A DNA stretch of 64,000 nucleotides from NCBI GenBank assembly GCA_013239625.1, contig MU053482.1, positions 3,681,922 to 3,745,921 of the forward strand. Direction: 5' to 3'. Positions 58,801 through 64,000 of the stretch are shown here, in pieces. The notes under the pieces are model-generated. The model was not told where the DNA came from. It saw nothing but the letters and a program-made list of their open reading frames with translations, and ran no database searches. Position numbers and translations under genes: made by a program. Source of the DNA: Lama guanicoe (Eukaryota). Numbering within the stretch: the stretch's first letter is position 1; every line of letters starts with the position of its first letter.

Positions 58801-61800
58801 GCTGAGGTGTCTAAAAAACAGCAACGAAAAAGGCATGATTGTTTTTTTTTTTAAAGGAGCTTATGAAGTTAGAGGGAAGACACCAATAAAGTCTTTAGAC
58901 ATCCTCAGAAAAGTACTGGAATAGAAAATGTGTCCTACTGCAGTCCATACCTGTCCCAGAGGTGGTGTCTGAGTGCGTGGTGGCTGTGCACTAGGAGGAA
59001 TCATAGTTATCTGGGGCTGAAGCTTTGGCACTTGATTTTTATTCATTAGGAAAGATTGAGCAGGCCTCAGACTAATCTAGAATTGAAAACAAATCAAAAA
59101 AGACATCAAAGTTAACATGCAGTTAGCTAACAGACTAAATGCAACATTCCAACATCCTAAAATTCAGTATACACAAATATGATAAAATTTACGGCATTCT
59201 CTCCAATAACTAATAACGTTACCCCATGTTTAATAGGTTTAATTTCTGGCAAGAAAACTAAAGATCTGACCCACACGAAAGTAAGATACTGTTATAAATC
59301 TTGTATTTGTATCAGAGTTCTCCAAGAATTAGCATCACTAAAATATTAAAACCCAGAAAATTTAATTAGAGTTTAGAAAGTGTTTTACTTTATTCTTTAA
59401 CTGTCATTCTATTTACAGGGAAGTCATAGTCACAATCTTGACAACCATTTTCCTTATTCTAAGCAAAGATTTAAGAAGTTTGCCCTCATATCTCATAATC
59501 TTCGCTCATAGGACGCTGGACATCCAAAGAAAGAAAAAGAAGTATAGAAAAGAGAGAAAGAAGGTAAAGAACTCCAGCATTAAGTCCTCTTAATAACGCG
59601 TCTTTTTATAATCATCGGGCAATAGATTTCTGAATTGACAAACTAAGGTATATAAGTAACATAGGCAATTGTACCTCATCTGCATTAAGCTGTCCTTTCT
59701 TAGAAAACCGAGGTGGCATATCCTTGGACTGTCCTTGCAGCTGGGATAAGAGTCCCTGACTCTGGTTATGGTAGAGCTGGCTTAGCCCCTATTTCAGAAA
59801 GAGAGAAAGAAAGTCTAGATAAAAAGGGGTCCACAAATTATGGTAATCAAGTATACCAGAGGGATGAGACCAAGCTATAAGGAAAGTTTAACTGAATTTT
59901 CCCAGAGAAAGTAAAAGATGAAACAAGGAAGAATAAAAATCTAACCTAACTATATCAAGTGATGTGATTTTACTAGTCACAAAATAAAGTGATGTGATTT
60001 TACTAATATTTTACTAATTTAAGGATAAGCATTTCACCAAGTTTGAAATTAACTGTTGCAGATGTAAATTTGGTTTAAAAAAACACATCTTTAAGGTTTT
60101 CCAAGCCTAAAACATTTGCACTTTAAAAAAACAAACAAAAAAAAATCCAAAATTAATCTTATACATTGCATGATTTAATACTTGTTGCCGAAATATTCTT
60201 AGATGTTTTCTTACCTGGCCTTTCATAAACTTGCCTCCCATCTCCCCAAACTGCGACTGTGTGGGAGGCATGATGTGTCCCCCATGGCCGTTGAAGAGTT
60301 GATTTGAACGATGACGCCCCATGGTGGGTGAAAATCTATCCTGGATAACTCCTGGACCAGTACCAATTCCGCTACCTTAAAATACAGACATGGACAACTC
60401 TTTACAACCCTCCAATTAAAATGTTACACTGATTTTTTAAATGTAACCAAACGATTTTTTTGTTCAAAGTCACCTGGCATTTGTCCAAACATATCAGCAA
60501 GTCCTCCAAGTGGGTCCCTATCCATTTTCATCCTCGGTGGCATGAACGGTCCCTCCAGAAAGAAGTCACTTCTCATCCCTTGAGCCATGGGAGCAGGAAT
60601 AAAGACTCCTAGATCCTTCAGAAATAAAATGAATAAACACTTGTTTCTAGACAGTACTCCACATAAAACCAAAAATTTTTACATTGGGGAAATGAGACGT
60701 ACTTCTGGACTATTATAGAACCATTAGAGAACCGTAATTTCTGCCAAATTCTCAAAGGGGTATACAAGGTATTAAAATCATTAAGCTCACTGGTAAGATG
60801 AGATAGCCTAAAACAAGTTTAAGAGTCTTTGTGCTATTATAAACTTAAAATCCACTTGATTAAAAAAGCAAAACTTACTTTTACTGCATCTTGACGGATT
60901 TGATTGATCGTCTTTGGTCCATTGTCAAGAAAAGCCTTGCGAGGAACCCAATGGTGTTCTCGCAACTCTACAGTATCCTTTAGTATAAAAATAGTTTTAG
61001 TTAAGTATTATTTTAGTATTTCTGAACAAAGTCAGCTTATCAACATACCTAAAGGAAACTAGCTTTACCTGCAGCAGGAAACGAATCCTCGCTGGCAATT
61101 CCTTACTTAACATCAAGGAGCACATTCGGGCAAAGTACTGATCCATTAAGGACTGAAAGAGAAAATAAAAAATACACAATTAGAAGACAATGCTAATGGC
61201 AAATGTATATACCATTTAAGGCTTTAAAAACTTCTAGATATTATAATCAAGGCCAATGACTAACGACAATCCTCTAATCAAAAAGTTAGCTGTCTGATTT
61301 GAATAAAATTAAGACAAGCTGCTTACACTGTTTCTGTCACCAACACATACCTTGGCTCGTTCGTGGTCTAATCTAGGTCCCACTGTCCTCATTATCTGAC
61401 AGAGGCACTCCAAATCCTCTCCCATATCTTTGAGTTGGACTCTCTTCTTTTTTTCCAAAAGCTACCAAAAGAGTTAAAGGCCATGTTTGCAAATCTTTCT
61501 TGGTTTAGATACAACACTTTCCCCTAAGTTTGCATTTGCTCATATAGTTCCTATAGTAACCAGCATAGTACTCTTTATCTGGGCTCTATTGAAGAAATCC
61601 CTCCAAATTGAGCAATCTTAACATAAGTAACCACTTCTACGCCTACCTTGCAAAAACACACTGCATACTACCACATTTACAACATTGAATTAAGTTTTGC
61701 TGGCAATCTAAAATAAAATACTTAGGTAGCCTACTAACACTCTCAGAAGGCAAATTAATTATAATTAACCCACTTCCCCTAAATGATGTATCCAGTGATC

Positions 61801-64000
61801 AATGTAAATCTAAATTCCCAACCATACTTACTGTTTTGATGCACTTATGAAGGATAGATTCATGAATAAGATCAAGCTTTCCAAGTTCTCCAATAAATTT
61901 GATGTTCCCCAACATCTTGATCTTAGCAATGGCTCTCTGTTCCTCCTCCTCAGGGAGGAGGGGATTTTCACGCTTATCATAGACTGAAAAAAATAAGAAT
62001 AAAGTCAAACATTCAGAATTACATTGAACATATACAAAACTACTTAGTTTCAAATATAAATTCTCACCATCAACATTTCTGGTTCGGTTTTCAAATTCAT
62101 CTTGTAATTTGGAAATTAGGAGGCGTCTGAATGTCTATTGGGAACAACAGACATTTGTTAGGGTTTGTTAAAGAAACTTTTCAAATCAACTTTGAATAAG
62201 CAAGCAAACACTACCACTTACTGTGCTTTGCTTCTGTCCTGGTTGACCCTCTGCTGCTGGGCCATCAAAGTTTGGTGCATCTTCTGCCAATCGCAGACAT
62301 AGCTGAGCATACAGTGAGCTATACTTTGGCTCTTCTAGGGCTTTGTCCACAATCTACAGAAAAAGTCATTTTAAAAAACTAAATACGATGTTATAAAGAA
62401 AGTTTTTCTCACAAGTTAATACTTCCGTGCAGCCTTAAGGATCTTAAATCTCAACAGATTTCCGTCAATCAGAGTATTGTAGACAAATTCTCTACACCTC
62501 ATCTATAATTTGAGAACGCCTCTTATAGGACTTATTGTATAAACCAAATCAAATGAGGCATGTAAAATGCTTAGCACACAGCCTTCAAAGATACAAGTAC
62601 TAAAATGTTAGCTGTTAAAGTACACCAGAAAGTCCAATTATATAGATCTCACACTAGTGAAACTCTCCTGCTTCAGGAATTGAAATTATCTAGGTATCAA
62701 AACTATAAACAGATGCTGAATCATCCCAGAACTCATTTCCAAGACCAAATTATGGTGTTTTTCACAAAAGGAAAAGCAAACCAAAAAAACCCCCAATAAC
62801 TTGTTGATACCCCAAGTAATCCTCTCAGCCCTCCAAGCACAGTATAAACAATTTTAAATTCACCTTAAATCTGATACCATTAAAAGTCAGTGGTTCCTTT
62901 TTTTAAAAAAAGAAATCACTATCAGTCTTCAAATATACATACGTCTAACTTACATCTTAGTTTTACAAGTAACACAAATGTTAACAACAAAAATACCCAA
63001 TTTGGATTAAATATTTTCCTCTTTCAGTTTAGCCAACATTTAACTTACCAGCAGTATGACCCCTTTAAGGATGAGCTTAGACTCTACACCCACATTGAGG
63101 AGCTCAAGGCATAGCTTGTCAAACTTTTCAGGAGTAAGCTTATTTAGTATGCTGGGAAAAAAGGAATGAGACTGTCAGCCAACACACAGAGAATTATTAA
63201 GTTGAAAAATAGCTTTTAAATTATGTTCATTTTTCTCTTCCATCACCTCCCCCTTTAATATTAAGACGTATCTTCATACTCATCTAACCAAATGGATGTT
63301 GAAACAAACCTGTTATTTAAAATACAGTATCTACAAACTACTAGATACAAACAAAAATGACCTACTGCATAACATAGGGAAATATAATAAATCATAATGG
63401 AGAATATGAAAAAGAAATCTTTATGTATAACCGAAATCACTCTACACAACATTGTAAATCAACTATACTTCAACAAAAAGTAAATAAAATTTATTTTCTA
63501 TCTAACTGGGGGGACCCCGAGCTGTAGGACAAGAAAATTTCCTTACATCCTCTAAACCCAGGACAAGAGCCTCCTTGTTATCAAGGCTAGATCCAGGAGC
63601 TAAGACCATTATGTTCTGGGCATCACTGGGTTACAAACCAGGCATAGGAGATAACAGCACAATAGGCTTGTGGCTTTTAACTCAATGACTGAAAGGAACT
63701 CTGAGCCCGAAGTACTGATGGGCTGCTTTTCAGTTTGAAACTGTCAACACTGGCATTCATTAAAATATGTACTTGGGGGATGAACATTACCTTCTAGCTA
63801 ACATAGCAAACAGACAAAAGAAGTACAGCTAATCCATTCTTCCCTCCTTCAAGACAAAGGACAAAACAGACCTAAAAACTTACCCTCTTACTTTCCTGAA
63901 GATTGCATCATGTCGTTCTTTTTCATTTGCGGAGTTGTTTGCTGCGGAGTTGTCATCTCGTCTAGTGCTTCGTGCAGGAATCCATTTCTGAGCGTTTTGC
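55852..64000 (-). CDS. EIF4G2: EIF4G2 (DAP5/p97/NAT1) translation initiation factor; 5'-partial (exons 4-22 by human numbering; MIF4G, MA3 and W2 domains)
   Basis: Minus-strand GT-AG exons: 63884->64000 (truncated), 63049-63151, 62222-62353, 62068-62134, 61832-61983, 61351-61461, 61069-61152, 60879-60977, 60474-60615, 60215-60375, 59675-59788, 58951-59076, 58706-58810, 58405-58620, 58062-58320, 57547-57751, 57181-57392, 56972-57093, 55852-55917. These give 863 aa in frame, from QNAQKWIPARSTRRDD... to ...VNQWLTWLETAEEEESEEEAD*. The start codon (a GUG in other mammals) lies outside the window. Confidence 0.98.
56432..56580. mobile_element. MER5-like fragment in the last EIF4G2 intron
   Basis: TACTTCTCAAAG...CAGACCTACTCAATCAGAAT...CTCTCCAGGTGACTTATG. 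Confidence 0.5.
59480..59622 (-). ncRNA. SNORD97: Box C/D snoRNA SNORD97 (U97), intronic in EIF4G2; guide for 2'-O-methylation of C34 of elongator tRNA-Met(CAT)
   Basis: Minus strand reads TTGCCC-G-ATGATTA(box C)...AGATTATGAGA-T-ATGA(box D)-GGGCAA. It has a 6-bp terminal stem and an internal hairpin (AGGAC/GTCCT, GCTGGA/TCCAGC) around a long pyrimidine loop. The guide is complementary to the tRNA-Met anticodon loop UCUCAUAAUCU. Host gene and sequence match SNORD97 as I recall it. Confidence 0.93.
63320..63490 (+). mobile_element. L1 3' end fragment, antisense to EIF4G2
   Basis: GACCTACTGCATAACATAGGGAAATATA...CATTGTAAATCAACTATACTTCAACAAAAAG. Confidence 0.7.

Overview
Mammalian genomic DNA, most likely camelid (camel/alpaca/llama), judged from five copies of a tRNA-Ala-derived Vic-1-type SINE. 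The window holds the complete 25-exon CTR9 gene (+; ATG 17054, stop 38507; 1176 aa as spliced by hand) with its CpG-island promoter. Facing it convergently are the last 19 exons of EIF4G2/DAP5 (-; runs off the right edge), which hosts box C/D snoRNA SNORD97 (59480-59622) in an intron. The rest is ordinary eutherian repeat landscape (L1, L2, MIR, MLT1, MER5A/Charlie/MER53/Tigger). I found no convincingly new multi-gene system. The most notable local observations are: (1) a TSD-flanked retrocopy of only the 5' half of elongator tRNA-Met(CAT), the RNA that SNORD97 methylates, lying 40 nt upstream of CTR9 exon 2; (2) an apparently GC-accelerated, CpG-island-like last CTR9 exon; (3) a 34-bp near-perfect palindrome over the branch-point region of CTR9 exon 8; (4) SNORD97's compensated non-canonical C/D boxes and its position beside a weak-donor in-frame exon. 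All coordinates were read by eye. Repeat boundaries are approximate, and comparisons to human sequences and repeat consensuses are from memory, not alignments.
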